Source of the DNA: Epithemia pelagica
Taxonomy: Eukaryota; Protista; Bacillariophyta
Assembly: GCA_946965045.2 (NCBI GenBank)
Contig: OX337228.1
Coordinates: 6,696,001 to 6,760,000 of the forward strand
DNA length: 64,000 nt
Reading direction: 5' to 3'
Shown: in pieces, positions 51,632-63,407 of the stretch
How the letters are laid out: each line of letters starts with the position of its first letter
How positions within the stretch are numbered: position 1 is the first letter of the stretch
Notes under the pieces: model-generated
Database searches by the model: none
The model's input: the letters and a program-made list of their open reading frames with translations, nothing else
Told to the model about the DNA's origin: nothing
Translations under genes and position numbers: made by a program

Positions 51632-52652
51632 TCATAAAAAGAAGAAACCGGCGAAACCCCAATCTTTTGTGTTCTGTGCCAACACCAAACGGATCGATCT
51701 TTTCTTTTTTGTTGTTTGGAGACCTTGTTTGCTCTTGTTGTTGCTGGTGGTGAAACGAAGCAAACGAAGTATCATTGCCATATGGACGGCCGCCAGATGC
51801 TCCAATTACCTAGATCCACAAAGGAAAGGTCAGCTTTTGTATGTATCGTAGTATTATTAGAGGGAGTACTAAATCATAATAACACGCTGGTATTGCCATT
51901 GCCATATATCAAGTTCGAAAGACACGACGAGTACTCCTATCGAGCGGTATAGCTCTTGTGTGGATAGTCTATGTAGTCGACCTATTTCGGCGGTTCGATC
52001 CAAATTTCGGATAGGTCGCGTCTGGGTCGTCATCTTAACAGGACCATGACCAAAGTCCGCGAAATGGCCATGCCGGCGCGAGAGAGGTGCGGCCGCGAAC
52101 GAGCAACAAAAAAGCAAGGGCGAGAACCAAAAGAACACACCCACAACAATCGTGAGGCGCAACCATACGTGGTGATAGGTATACACAAGTCGTGTGAAGA
52201 GATCCCTCTTGCGTTTATCCACGCTGTGTGATTGGATAGAGAACAACGCCAAAAGAACAACACCAACCCAAGGTCTTCGTCCCCTGCAGCGGCACTCGCT
52301 CGTGTTTCCTTTGGAGAGTATTGGGAAGTGAAGCTCTCCAAATCCTCCTCTCGTTACATTGGGATATCTTGGATTGACGATTCTTTTGATCCATATTGAA
52401 TGGAATTGCAGACAACACGAGAATCCACCCAAGAAGAAGTATAAAAGGCACAGAACTTGATACACGAACTTGATTGACAACACACGAATTGACACATTGT
52501 ACTAGTGGAGGAACTTAAGATTTGCGGGAAAACCAGTGACACCACCCAGAAATTGTCGTCCATAAAGAAGAAGAAGAAGAAGAAGCAGAACAAGACAAGA
52601 ACCATATATACGACAGACAAACGAGTAGTCAGTCGCAGCCAGTCATCACAGT

Positions 52653-54446
52653 ATGGGCGATCGACAAGTCGTGGACGATGAATCCTTTTACGATCCGACC
52701 GAAGGGAGTGAGGCGGGGGATTCGGTCCACATTACCATTCCTTGGATCATGCAGCAACAACAACCACACCAGGACAGTCCCACCCGTCCGGCCGTGACCG
52801 CCCACGCCGCAAGTCCCTCGAGTCTGGCGACGGTGTCCCCCGACAAATCGTGCATGTGCATCATGGGGGAACAAGAACAACAGTCACAACCAGAGGACGA
52901 GGATACAACCACAACCAAGGTGGGTCCTCACTTTAGTCCCCAAGCTCCTCCTCCCATGGGAGCTCCACCCCTGGCACCACCCTCGCCTCCCAAGAAGAAT
53001 TCATCCTGGTCGGTTCCGGACGACGACCATCCCGAACGGGTCTTGGTCTACAGTTTTTCGGACGAAAAACACAATCCCGAAACGTCGCTTCCGGCACCCG
53101 TCCAGGATCCTCCTCCTCCACCGCCTTGTACTAGTTCCCAATTCCACAATGATGGTGCATGGGATTCGTTGCAGTATCCTACCATGGACCACCACAACCA
53201 GCAACTGGAGAATAGCCATCCAAATTTGGAGGAACCACAGCAATCACGGCACTCCACTCCAACCGTACAGTCCTTGCATCACCACAATAATAAGGACCTT
53301 CGATGTTCCGATCCTCATCCCATTCCTGTCGCCACAACTGATCATTATCATTATCATCAATGGATGGTATCATCCCAACCCAACAATCATGGCCAACTGT
53401 TTCAACAACAACAACAACACAAGACAAGTCAAGCCGTTCCAGGATTCTCCGCAACACCACCAGGGGCCGCACGGCAACCCTTGCATCCTACGGCTCCACC
53501 CGTACGCACCCACGCCGCATCCTCTTCGTATCAACAACAACAACCTCCTGTATCGAATGCGGCCTATCCCCAAAATGGCACTCAAGGCTTTGTCGTACAT
53601 TACGAAGACGACAACCACCAGGAAACCAGTCCACCATCGGAAGGAGGACAAGCACCATCACGACCACCCAATCCACCCACGACACGGCGCACTCGCAGTT
53701 TTGGACGCTGGTTGACGTCGGGCGATGCCAGTTTGGCCCCCAACATTGGCTTGACCAATTCCTACGAGGATGCCTTGTGGGGCATGGCGCCCCATGAACT
53801 CTTGCGTTTTTTGCAAATTACCAATGCCGTGGCCAGTTTCTTGTGCTTGGTGGTGGCCAGTTTGTCGTGGCTGGGCAAACTCGTCTTTTTGCAACTCGAC
53901 CAGGTCGTCCTCTTGGCCTATTTGGCCTGTTGGAGTGTCCTCCTCTTGGCGGTGGAAATTGTCGCCATGGCCACCCCCGAACAACAACGCCTCATACCAA
54001 CCAATTTTATGGGTCGCATTCGCGATCAACTGGGCTTTCTCTTTCATCCCTGCGGCAAGGCTCTCTTTGTCATGATGTTGTCCACCATGTGTTGGAGTCT
54101 CGAGTCCCTCTTTTGGAGCTTGATTGGGACCCTGTACTTGGTCAGTGCCGTGGGATGGTGGTATGCCGCCGTGGCCTATCCCGAGGAAGTGCCGCGACTC
54201 ATGGGGAGTGTCGAGCAAACCTTTCGGGCCGAAGCGCGACGACGCGGCACAGTCGGGGATGCCGCCCGCTTTTCGGTTGCCACTTGGAATGCCTTTATGA
54301 GATCCTGGCAGCAGCAACCCACGGCGTCGTCGGCCGCCGCCACCGAACGTCCCTCGTGGGTTGGAATGCTCAGTCCCTCCACCACCGAAGACTACGATCA
54401 CGATCCCGAACCGCACGAACCCACGGAACGATCCTCCTTGCTCTAA
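52653..54446 (+). CDS. COPI-associated/TVP15-type membrane protein with a long disordered N-terminus (597 aa)
   Basis: C-terminal hydrophobic domain LRFLQITNAVAS..YLACWSVLLLAVE..LGFLFHPCGKALF.. Confidence 0.7.
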   Translation: MGDRQVVDDESFYDPTEGSEAGDSVHITIPWIMQQQQPHQDSPTRPAVTAHAASPSSLATVSPDKSCMCIMGEQEQQSQPEDEDTTTTKVGPHFSPQAPPPMGAPPLAPPSPPKKNSSWSVPDDDHPERVLVYSFSDEKHNPETSLPAPVQDPPPPPPCTSSQFHNDGAWDSLQYPTMDHHNQQLENSHPNLEEPQQSRHSTPTVQSLHHHNNKDLRCSDPHPIPVATTDHYHYHQWMVSSQPNNHGQLFQQQQQHKTSQAVPGFSATPPGAARQPLHPTAPPVRTHAASSSYQQQQPPVSNAAYPQNGTQGFVVHYEDDNHQETSPPSEGGQAPSRPPNPPTTRRTRSFGRWLTSGDASLAPNIGLTNSYEDALWGMAPHELLRFLQITNAVASFLCLVVASLSWLGKLVFLQLDQVVLLAYLACWSVLLLAVEIVAMATPEQQRLIPTNFMGRIRDQLGFLFHPCGKALFVMMLSTMCWSLESLFWSLIGTLYLVSAVGWWYAAVAYPEEVPRLMGSVEQTFRAEARRRGTVGDAARFSVATWNAFMRSWQQQPTASSAAATERPSWVGMLSPSTTEDYDHDPEPHEPTERSSLL

Positions 54447-55071
54447 TAAGACTACCTGCTACACGCGGGGAGTGTTGGATCCGTTGCGCTCTATGGCCCC
54501 AATAATACACGACATTCAGGATGCGCGCGCGCATCTCTCTCCGTGGGACGGCAGTTTGTGTCGAGAGGTTGTTGGTACACGACGACGTGCTGTTGTTGTT
54601 GGTACGTCCCATATTTGGCTGGGAAGGAAGGAATGAGTAGTGTGTGTCTTGGAGATAGGTCCGTCTGTAGAAACACCAAGGAAACTGTGCGTTTGGCACT
54701 GGCCCAACCTTACTCATTAGTAGAAAACCAAGCAGTACTACCTAACCATTGGATCATGCTATTGGAAAACTGGAATGGGAGACAGTCGAGGAGGTAGGAT
54801 TAGGAATAAGGTTAGCTTGCGCGCATGTATGAAATGGTTAGTTCCTCGAAATGAACGACGCCGGAGGTGGTGCGGACATTTCATGGGTCCATCATGGTTT
54901 TCTTTCTTCCAGGGAAGAACCATTAACACGTGGAACTGGAAATCCACTTGTCTCTACTCCACTGTTGCTGCTTCTAGATATAAAATGTGGTTTAACTACT
55001 TGCTATCACGACGTGGTACCCGTTGTGGGAGAAACTACCTACCATATCCTACTACGACCGTTTGTTTCTTC

Positions 55072-57059
55072 TTAGAAAATGTGCGGCTCCCAGACCCAGA
55101 GGTTGGCCAACCATTTTTCTCCCTCTTCCACGGGTGTACTGGAATGTTGGGACAAATCATCCATATTGCCATCGGGCAACATGTTGTAAAACAAGACGGC
55201 CATGCCCTTCTTGGGTGTAATTTGGATTCCATCGTGGTATTGAGCATTGGCCGCTCGTGGAAACACGGTTTCGCCGCCTTCAAAATTGTCATTTAAATAT
55301 AAGAGAATGGTGGCAAAGCGCGTGGGCTGGTGCCGATGAAAGGAGGGCGGATACACAAAGTCATGATGAGCCGTGTACTCTTCGGATTTCTTGTATCGCA
55401 CCACTTGAAGACTTTCGGCCAAGGAATGTTCGTGCGCATCGAGGACATAATGAGGCGGTTGGTGCTGTAAGAGAGATTCGTCGATTTGTAACAAGTGGGC
55501 CGACCGTCGGTACACACGATCCGTCAATTCGGTCGAATCACGCGGCAGCCACGTATTGGACGACGATCGTGTGGATTTGTGACGTTGTTGTCGTGCCCGA
55601 GTGCTTCCCGACTGCAATGTACTGGGTTTAAGACCTTCCTTTTTGGCCAACTGAATAAACTCATCGCATTCTTGCTTGGACAAGAAATTGTCAATGGTAA
55701 AGACTCGAGGAGTTACAGACGCGACCGTCATGGTGTAGGTTCGACCCTCACTCGAAAATTGATGCGTTTGGCCAAAGGCTTGGGCCGTCCAAAAGGGATG
55801 GACCGGTAGGGGACGAGGAAATTGCGCCAACCAGGGACGGTGTGCCACAAGAGAATATTCATGCTGGACAACAATCCAACAAATACATGTGCCAAAAAGA
55901 GTGTGAGATTTGATATGAATAATGAGACGACTCGGTGGCCACAATCGGGTTGCAAGCTTTCCACACTTACTTCGTATTGTTTTCCGAGTTGAAGCATTTG
56001 ATAGCGCCGATTTTCTTCCGCCGTTCGAAGTTCCTTTTCGTGTCGAGGATCGTAGTAGAGAATGGGATTGTCGGCTGTCACGACCCATTGATGCAATCTT
56101 GTTTCAGAGTCATTGACGGCTGTAACCACAAAGGTTTGACCCGAGGATTGTGTGGCTGTACCCAAAGACTCAAAGGGTCCAATTTCACCCACCAAGCGGC
56201 GATTGTGGCCCTCCCAATACAACAAGACGGGCTTGTGAGATAGGTTGATGACTTTGACCGCAAATCCAGTAAAGGAGAGGTAGACTGCCTTCATTTCAGT
56301 AGGGCTCTTGTTGTTTCGTGGAACGGCAAGTGACTTTTTCTGATGCATGTCACTTGCGTACATGCTATTGACCGTCGGGCTGGGATAAAAGTACGAATGG
56401 CCCCTGAGGCGAAGCAATGTCGCATCCTCGTTTTGGTCGAGTAAACAGTTGTACTCTGGATTGCCATCCAGAAAATATGCTATTTCCTGCGTGGCCTCCA
56501 TTTCATTGATATGATCGGCACCAAAGACTCTTTGATATTTATCATCCTGCAGGACATCTGCGGCCAAATGACGCGCCAAGGAGGGAACATGTTCCTTGGA
56601 AAGTCCAAAGTCAAACACTTGCAGCTCGTTCGATTTCGGTGGTGGGGCAAGGCTTTGGATTCCACAAAAGGATACGGTCGCCGTTCGATTGAAATCTACC
56701 AAAAACGAATGTTTAGGGTCCCCAACAAGGAGGCTACTGGAATTGTGGGTAGACGAAATCATGACATGATTGATCTGTCGATGGACAAAAAAGCTGGCCA
56801 CAATGGCCACCAACACAGCGAGAGCATGTTGATGCCACATTTCCTTCAGTTCACCGACAAGAGTCGACTCGGAACTCTTACTATCGCTATTGTCTGGATC
56901 GTCTTCGCTCGATTCATCGTCATAGTCATGGTCGGATCCATCATACGTGTCCTCGTCCTCGTCATGGTCGTCATTGGTGCAGTCATCATTCCAACAATCA
57001 TCCTTGATGGATCGGAAATCTCCGTCCTCTGGAATATGATGCATTCCCTCTTGATTCAT
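55072..57059 (-). CDS. Membrane-anchored prolyl-4-hydroxylase-like 2OG-Fe(II) oxygenase, ~626 aa; exons 57059-55971 and 55863-55072
   Basis: PRVFTIDNFLSKQECD, RSSSNTWL, LQVVRYK..YTAHHDF (HxD), RFATILLYLND..GGETVFP, LSQHSSTPVEEGEKW. Acidic N-terminus plus one TM. Intron GTAAGT..CAG of 107 nt. Confidence 0.9.
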
Positions 57060-57407
57060 GATCTTGTCTATATAGAGGTAGTAGGTAGAGAGAGAAATGG
57101 ATCCAGTCTAGGGCTTCCCGTGTTTGGTTGTCTCCTTGTTTGCGTGCGTCTCCTCTGTCTCCTCACAAAAGAACCTCACTCTCTCCCAAAAAAGCGTGAC
57201 AGGTGAGACACCACCGGCCGCGTCTGCGCGACCACAAATTGTGACGCGCGACTCGTTACGTGTTTGGTCTTGTGGCGCGACCGGGAGGTGCATCCTCTCT
57301 AAATCCAACAGCCGATGTCGAAAATACATCTCGATCCTCCTCGCCAGAACAAGAACAACTCCTCTATGTAATTGACTTTCGCTAATTTTTAATAGGATCG
57401 GGAAGAT

Positions 57408-57517
57408 CCGTTGGTATCCGTTGAAATGTATCTACTAGTCCGAATCTTAGTATACCCAAGGGATACTTAATACTCAATCATCCATAGAAAAGCTCCGTCC
57501 GTTTGGATTCTCAACGG
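57408..57517. promoter_or_regulatory. Four MSA-like motifs 100-210 bp upstream of the silicanin gene
   Basis: Cores at 57408, 57418, 57499 and 57513; ATCCGTTG is repeated at 10-bp spacing. Confidence 0.55.
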
Positions 57518-57618
57518 TCGTCCCTCCATCCAATGAACACAAGGAATTATCCCATAAACTCTGTGAGAGAGGAACCAAGGAACCAACTAGATAGAAGAAA
57601 AAGGATCCATTCACCACC

Positions 57619-59221
57619 ATGTACGTTGCCAAGAGTTTGTTGATGATGCTTGGCCTTGCCCAGGCCACCGAGTTCTCCACCAACTCGGCTGCTGGTCGTA
57701 GCATCTTGCGTAAGGCGAAGGCCGTCAAGCCTTCCAAGTTCCTCTCTCGTGGTCTCCAAGAAGACGGTGAGATGGATTACGAACAGCTTTACCAAGGTCT
57801 TTCCTCCATGACTATTAAGTACGTTGGTTGCAGTACGTACGCCGCGTGGAGTGGACAACAAGGTGCCCAACAAGAAGGCCAACAACAACAACAGCAACAA
57901 CAGGATGGTCAACAACAACAACAACAGGGTGACAACCAACAAGCCGCCGAAGGACAATACTACGATGGCGAGTACGGATACTACCAACAAGAAGCCCAAA
58001 ACGATGGATTGGAGCCCAACAACCTTGTCCGATTCACTCTTTGTACTGGTTCCGGATGCGGTGGCACCTGCGACGGTGAATACGTGTTGGATATGGAATA
58101 CTTTATGGAAATGTACACGGAATGGAAAATGGAACACGATTCCTTTTGGTGCGAACGCGTCCGTGAAAACTGCATGTGCAACCCCTACCAAAACGGTGGC
58201 AACTGGGACAATGGACAATACTCGTACACCTGGGAATCCTGCTACACGAGCTGCTTTGAACAATCGAACTACGGTCTCACCTACCAGGGATGCATTGATG
58301 CCAACCAACGAGACAACGAAAACGTCTTCCAAATCCAGCAATACCTCCAATGTAACGGTAAGTCGTCGACTGCAGTGAAGAACAAACTCCTGCAACTCTG
58401 ATTTCTCACTGCCAATCGTATCTTGTTCCTGTATAGGAATCAAGTTTTACAACCCTGACTACCAGTACCAACAAGCCTACCAAAACATTAACTACAACTA
58501 TGCCGGATACGACAACGCCAATGCCAATGGTGGCAACGCCAATGCCAATGGCGGGGACGGAAGCTTTTCCTGGAGAGACTATTTCTATTTGAGCCCCACG
58601 TGCGAAAACAACCAAGATGTGGTTCTCCAAGCCTTTTACGATCAAGACTGCTCCTACGCTGCCTCGGACAGTGAAGTCGAACAAGCCATGGGTTCCTACT
58701 CCAGCATTCCCTACCTCCAAGGTACTCCTCTTCTTTCTCGCAACACTTGCCTCTCTTGCATGTCCGATGACGATTTGGAAGAAATGGAAGAGAACAATGG
58801 CCAGCAAAGAGACTACAATGCCAACGCCCAGAACAACTACAATGTGAACTACAACTACAACCAAAACTGGGAAGACCAACCGGATGCCAATGATCTTTGC
58901 CAAGCGGTGCTTGGTTTCGAAGAGGAAGCGAACGTGATTGTCTGCGACCCCAACCGTTACCGATCCAACGGATGTACTTTTATCAACGAAATGCTCCCCA
59001 GTTTGGATGGACGCTTTTCCTTTGATTACCAGGCTCAACTTGCCAAATTGAGAGATCAATTGGATTCGTCCGAACGCTTGCAGTGGGCCTTGTTGGGTGT
59101 CGTCCTCTTTTTGGTGGGTGTCATTGCCGCTTGGGCCGGATACGTCTTTAGCTCGGGCAAGCGAGCTCCCCGACACCGCAGCGCTCTCCTCGAATACCGT
59201 CGTGAAAACCAAATGGCCTAA
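57619..59221 (+). CDS. Silicanin-family (Sin1-like) silica deposition vesicle membrane protein, 507 aa; exons 57619-58357 and 58437-59221
   Basis: Signal peptide, RxL motif (RGL), N/Q/Y-rich tracts alternating with Cys blocks (IKYVGC, VRFTLC, EYVLDM..F, IQQYLQC, PTC, FYDQDC, CLSC, LCQAV), one TM and a short basic tail. Intron GTAAGT..TAG of 79 nt. Confidence 0.85.
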
Positions 59222-59657
59222 ACAGTGTCCATCGGTTTGACACGTTTACACAGTGTGGAGCTGTGATTGGATGTTAATAATATTATATGCATGTTGAAAG
59301 ATTTAGGGAGTCGATATTTTTTTCGTGATACTAAGAATGAATGATTGAAACTAGAGCTCTTTGTATCGTATTTTTGAAAACGTGCACTTGTTGAAAAAAG
59401 TGAGCTGTCCAACCACTCGTGTTGCACATAATTGAGACTCCAGGAGACTTTCGTGGAAGGAATTCGCCCTACAATACAAGGTGACGATGGCTTTTCATGG
59501 TCGTGAATACACATCACACTCTCGTCCTAGGGTTCGCCTCGACATAATATGTTACCCAGAGTATAAAGACTTGGCATGGTAAGAGGATCTAGTTATAAAC
59601 TATCATTAGGGTCAGTCATGGCGATGCGACAACCTCAGGACAATGACAGTACCGATT

Positions 59658-60518
59658 CTATTTTCTAGGCACTGTTGTTCCGTGTTCCGAAATGATCTTC
59701 CATCCATTAATCTTTTGCACATGAATGGTAAAAACACCCGATCGAGGAATTCCCTTTTTATCCCCCGCCAGTTCCATTTGATGTTCTCCATAAACCACCG
59801 CATGGTCATGGTTGGCACTCGTGGGAGTGACAATGAGTTTGCGCAAGGTTAATATCCCGGCCACTCCCTTTTTCTTTCGTTGCTTCTCTTGCTGCTTTTT
59901 GTTCTTGACAAAAATTTCGGTGAATACCTTGTCGATTTCACGGCGTCCCGTAATGACAACGCCGCCTTTGGCATGCGGCCCTTCGGCCAGATCGGCACTA
60001 ATATACCGAGTTTGATCCGAATCCCAATACGCGTCCAAGTACCCAAACAGGTTTCCACTATTCCATGCATTTGTCCACTCAAAGAAAGCCTCGCATACTT
60101 CTGCTTCCACTTGACAAGGTGTGTCCTTTTTCGATTCACCGTTGGATGTAGTCGCGTCAGGTTTGGTTTTGGCGCCTTCCTCTTCTACCTCTTCTTGCTC
60201 TTGCTCTTCTTGTCCGGGTACATCATCTACTGGATGTTGTGGAGCCGTCTCTTCCTCTGTCTCATCATCTTCCTCCTTTAGCTCTTGAGTTGGACCATCG
60301 TCTTGTTCTTGTTCTTCTTCTTCTGCCTCTGGTTCTACAACTTGTGCCGGTGCTTCGCCTCTCTTGGGTGAGACCTTGCTCGTCGGAGGTCGTCGCGACT
60401 CTTCCTCCTCCTCATTGTCGTCTGTCACATTGACATCTTCAAAATTTCCAAACTCAAACTCATTGCTCGAACCCTTCTCCGATGTATCAACGGTAGTATC
60501 GGTGGATTCGGTCGTCAT
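59658..60518 (-). CDS. NTF2/SnoaL-like (DUF4440-type) protein with an acidic N-terminus, 286 aa
   Basis: WTNAWNSGNLFGYLDAYWDSDQTRYIS..ITGRREI..GVFTIHVQKINGWKIISEH. Confidence 0.75.
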   Translation of the reverse strand: MTTESTDTTVDTSEKGSSNEFEFGNFEDVNVTDDNEEEEESRRPPTSKVSPKRGEAPAQVVEPEAEEEEQEQDDGPTQELKEEDDETEEETAPQHPVDDVPGQEEQEQEEVEEEGAKTKPDATTSNGESKKDTPCQVEAEVCEAFFEWTNAWNSGNLFGYLDAYWDSDQTRYISADLAEGPHAKGGVVITGRREIDKVFTEIFVKNKKQQEKQRKKKGVAGILTLRKLIVTPTSANHDHAVVYGEHQMELAGDKKGIPRSGVFTIHVQKINGWKIISEHGTTVPRK

Positions 60519-61180
60519 GGTCGCAATCCCTTTGTTGGTTTGGCCACGACGCAGGATCCAAAAATCAAACAGGTTGATCCGTTGCCTCCCAAAAATTTCA
60601 TTCTTCTCTATCTGGGGGCACGGGACTTGGGAATGGGGACTGCCCCTCCAGTCTGCACGTACGCCCTTCCAGGTGTGTTGTTCGTCGGCACTCGCATGGT
60701 GGGCCAGTTGGCAGACGGTCGTTGTCGTGCGCGAGCCAAAGTCGTTTGGGGGATTACAGCGACCAAAAGCCTAAAGGATGTGTCTCAGAGGACACGAATT
60801 TGATTCACATTGTTAATTAAATTTCTAGCTGAAACGCCCAGGTCGCAATTTTGGGGGATTTTCTGGTGTCTTTGCAATGGAGTCTCCGTGGAGATGTGAT
60901 TGGAATCCACACAAACTACAAACGGGGGATGGCCTCTATCAAGAGATGCTTGTCCCAAGGATGTTGTGGTTCTCGTCCTCTCCGATACCACAATTTCCAT
61001 TCCGCTCTCAGCACCCGAACATGCGGATGCTGCCGTTTTGGCGAGTCGGAGTTCGAGGGCTTTGTGGTTGGAATAGGTTATTGGATCCAGGCACTACGGG
61101 ATCCTTGGTCTAGGTAGTAGAGAGAGGTACTTGGAGGCGTTTGAGTGTGTTGCTCGACTGTTGGTGTTTCTCCGGTTGTC

Positions 61181-62759
61181 ATGGCACTGGAAGAAAGAGG
61201 GAGACACGCTTGGTCGTCTCCGTATAGTCGGAATCATGAGAGCAGCAGAAGGAAGCGATTGGTGAGAACTCACGTCGAAATGGAACGGCAGTACCTGTCC
61301 TCACAATTCGAGGAGACGGGTGCCGCGTATTGCTCAGTATCATCTTCTCTTGTGATTGATTGCCACCACCATTTCCAAGAGCGCCACCAAAAGCGGCCAC
61401 GAACGTGCAATACCATGAACGTGTACTCTTCCTCCCCCCACAGAAACAATGCGTCGATCCCTGTGACACATACCTATGTGTTTGGTCAGACACCGGCATC
61501 CTCTTCCTTTCAACTGGCACCCGTGACAACCGTTCCTCCTTCTTTTCGTCAGGCACAACCCATGAGCATGCACCAAAGTCACCCAGATAGCTATCCCATG
61601 TCCAAAACTGCTTCCACTGTATCGGTCAACAACAAAAGCTACGAGGAAAACGGAAGCAAGGCCTTTTACGAAAGTCATTTCGAACTTCAAGAGCAACTCG
61701 GACAAGGACACTTTGGAAAAGTATACAGGGCAACCACTTCCATGAAGCATACCAACACACCGTACGATGGATCTCCCTTTTCCGTGGCCCTCAAGCGTTT
61801 TTCCAAATCGAATCTGGTCAAGGCCAGCAAACGGGGTCGTTTGGTGGAACTCTTGAAACGAGAGATTGCGATTCATCGACGGTACGTTTCCTTGAATCAA
61901 TTCACCCACAAGATTTGTGGCCAGTGATCACTCCTAACACATTGTTCTTGGCTACAGTCTGGACCACCCACACATTCTTACATTCTATGGGCATATTTTT
62001 GGTACGAACCATGTCAGTCTCGTTCTGGAGTTTGCCGAATACGGTGATTTGTTTGGATACATGGCTAGTATTCCCACCTCGTTGGAGCGCTTGACTGTAG
62101 CACGGCGAGTCATGAAGCAGATTAGTACGGCCGTGGATTATCTCGGACGCGTCCGGTCCATTGCTCATCGTGATATCAAACCCGAGAACATTTTGGTCTT
62201 TGCCGAAAACAACGTCGGCCATGGCGGTGAAACAACCCCTGCCGAAGCTTCCATGTTCAAGCTCTGTGACTTTGGATGGGCCGTGCGCTTTTCATCGTCG
62301 ACCAGACAAACAACCTTGTGTGGTACTCCCGAGTACGTTCCCATTGAAATGCTTCAGCCACGATCGCAGCCCCCCGTGTCGACGACAACAAGTCCTGTCG
62401 TCAACCATGTCAACCGTGGACATGTACCAGGATCCTACGATGCGAAATACGTGGATTTGTGGGCCTTGGGTGTCCTAATGTACGAGTTGCTGCATGGATT
62501 TACTCCCTTTTACGTGGATTCCGAAACAGAAGAGGATACCACCAATGAAGTCGACCGACAAAACAAAAAGAACCGTCACACCCAACTGGTCTACAAAAAT
62601 ATTCGAAACTTTCGAGGAACAAAGTACCTACCAATGGACGTTCTTAGTATCGAAGGGTTCAACTTGATGGACTCCTTGTTGCAGGTGGACCCTTCAAAAC
62701 GTTGCTCGGCGCTTCATGTTGCAAATCATCGTTTTCTGAGCGATGACTATATGATGTAA
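61181..62759 (+). CDS. Aurora-like Ser/Thr protein kinase, 500 aa; exons 61181-61881 and 61958-62759
   Basis: LGQGHFGKVY, VALK, KREIAIHR|RLDHPHIL, HRDIKPENIL, DFGWAV (Aurora-type DFGW), RQTTLCGT, DLWALGV. Intron GTACGT..CAG of 76 nt. Confidence 0.85.
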
Positions 62760-63407
62760 GGGAGATCCTTCTGGTTGCCTAACATTGCATAGAGACAAGT
62801 AGAGACCCAATCATTATAAGATTTGATGACTAAGATTTGCTCTCGTGTCATTATTAGAGTTTGGCGTTCTTCTTTGGAGTACCGGCGCATAGCTGTGCCT
62901 ACTAGAGGTAGGTATAGATTTGTGGATGGGGTTGGAGGTTGGAGGTTGGAGTTGGAGATGGGAGATGGGAGGGACCATTCCCGAGTCCCGCGTGCAAAAG
63001 GATCTAAAATTTGTGGGGTCGACTTGCGTTTTCTAAACAAGACCCGTATTGCTTCAGGACCGGTGCACGCGCGGGACAAGGTCATTTAGCAATGGTTTCC
63101 TATGTCCTCAAGCGCGCCAGGCGGTTGAGACAAGGACGATAACAGCGAGAAGGGTCATCTCGTTGGTTGTTGGAATTGGAATCCTGCAAAAATTTAATCC
63201 CTTGCTGTCACCTGTCACGCATGCGCGAACGCGAGCTGGGGAGCAACAAACAACAGCAACGGGAAAGTGTCTCCTATTTGTTGCATTCAAGTCGATCGAG
63301 TAGAGCCGGTCGACAATAGATCAATTGTCCTTTGTCGTCCTACATCTGATTTGTGTTGCATTGTCACAAGTTAGATCTCTTCTGTTGATATCGCAACGAT
63401 ACGCAGT

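Noticed and set aside
51978-52019. tRNA-like GGTTCGATCC at 51992-52001
   Set aside because: No T-stem pairing, cloverleaf or A-box; only an imperfect single hairpin.
57547-59212. Long minus-strand ORFs 57547-58443 and 58406-59212
   Set aside because: Antisense shadows of the silicanin gene, caused by its codon bias.
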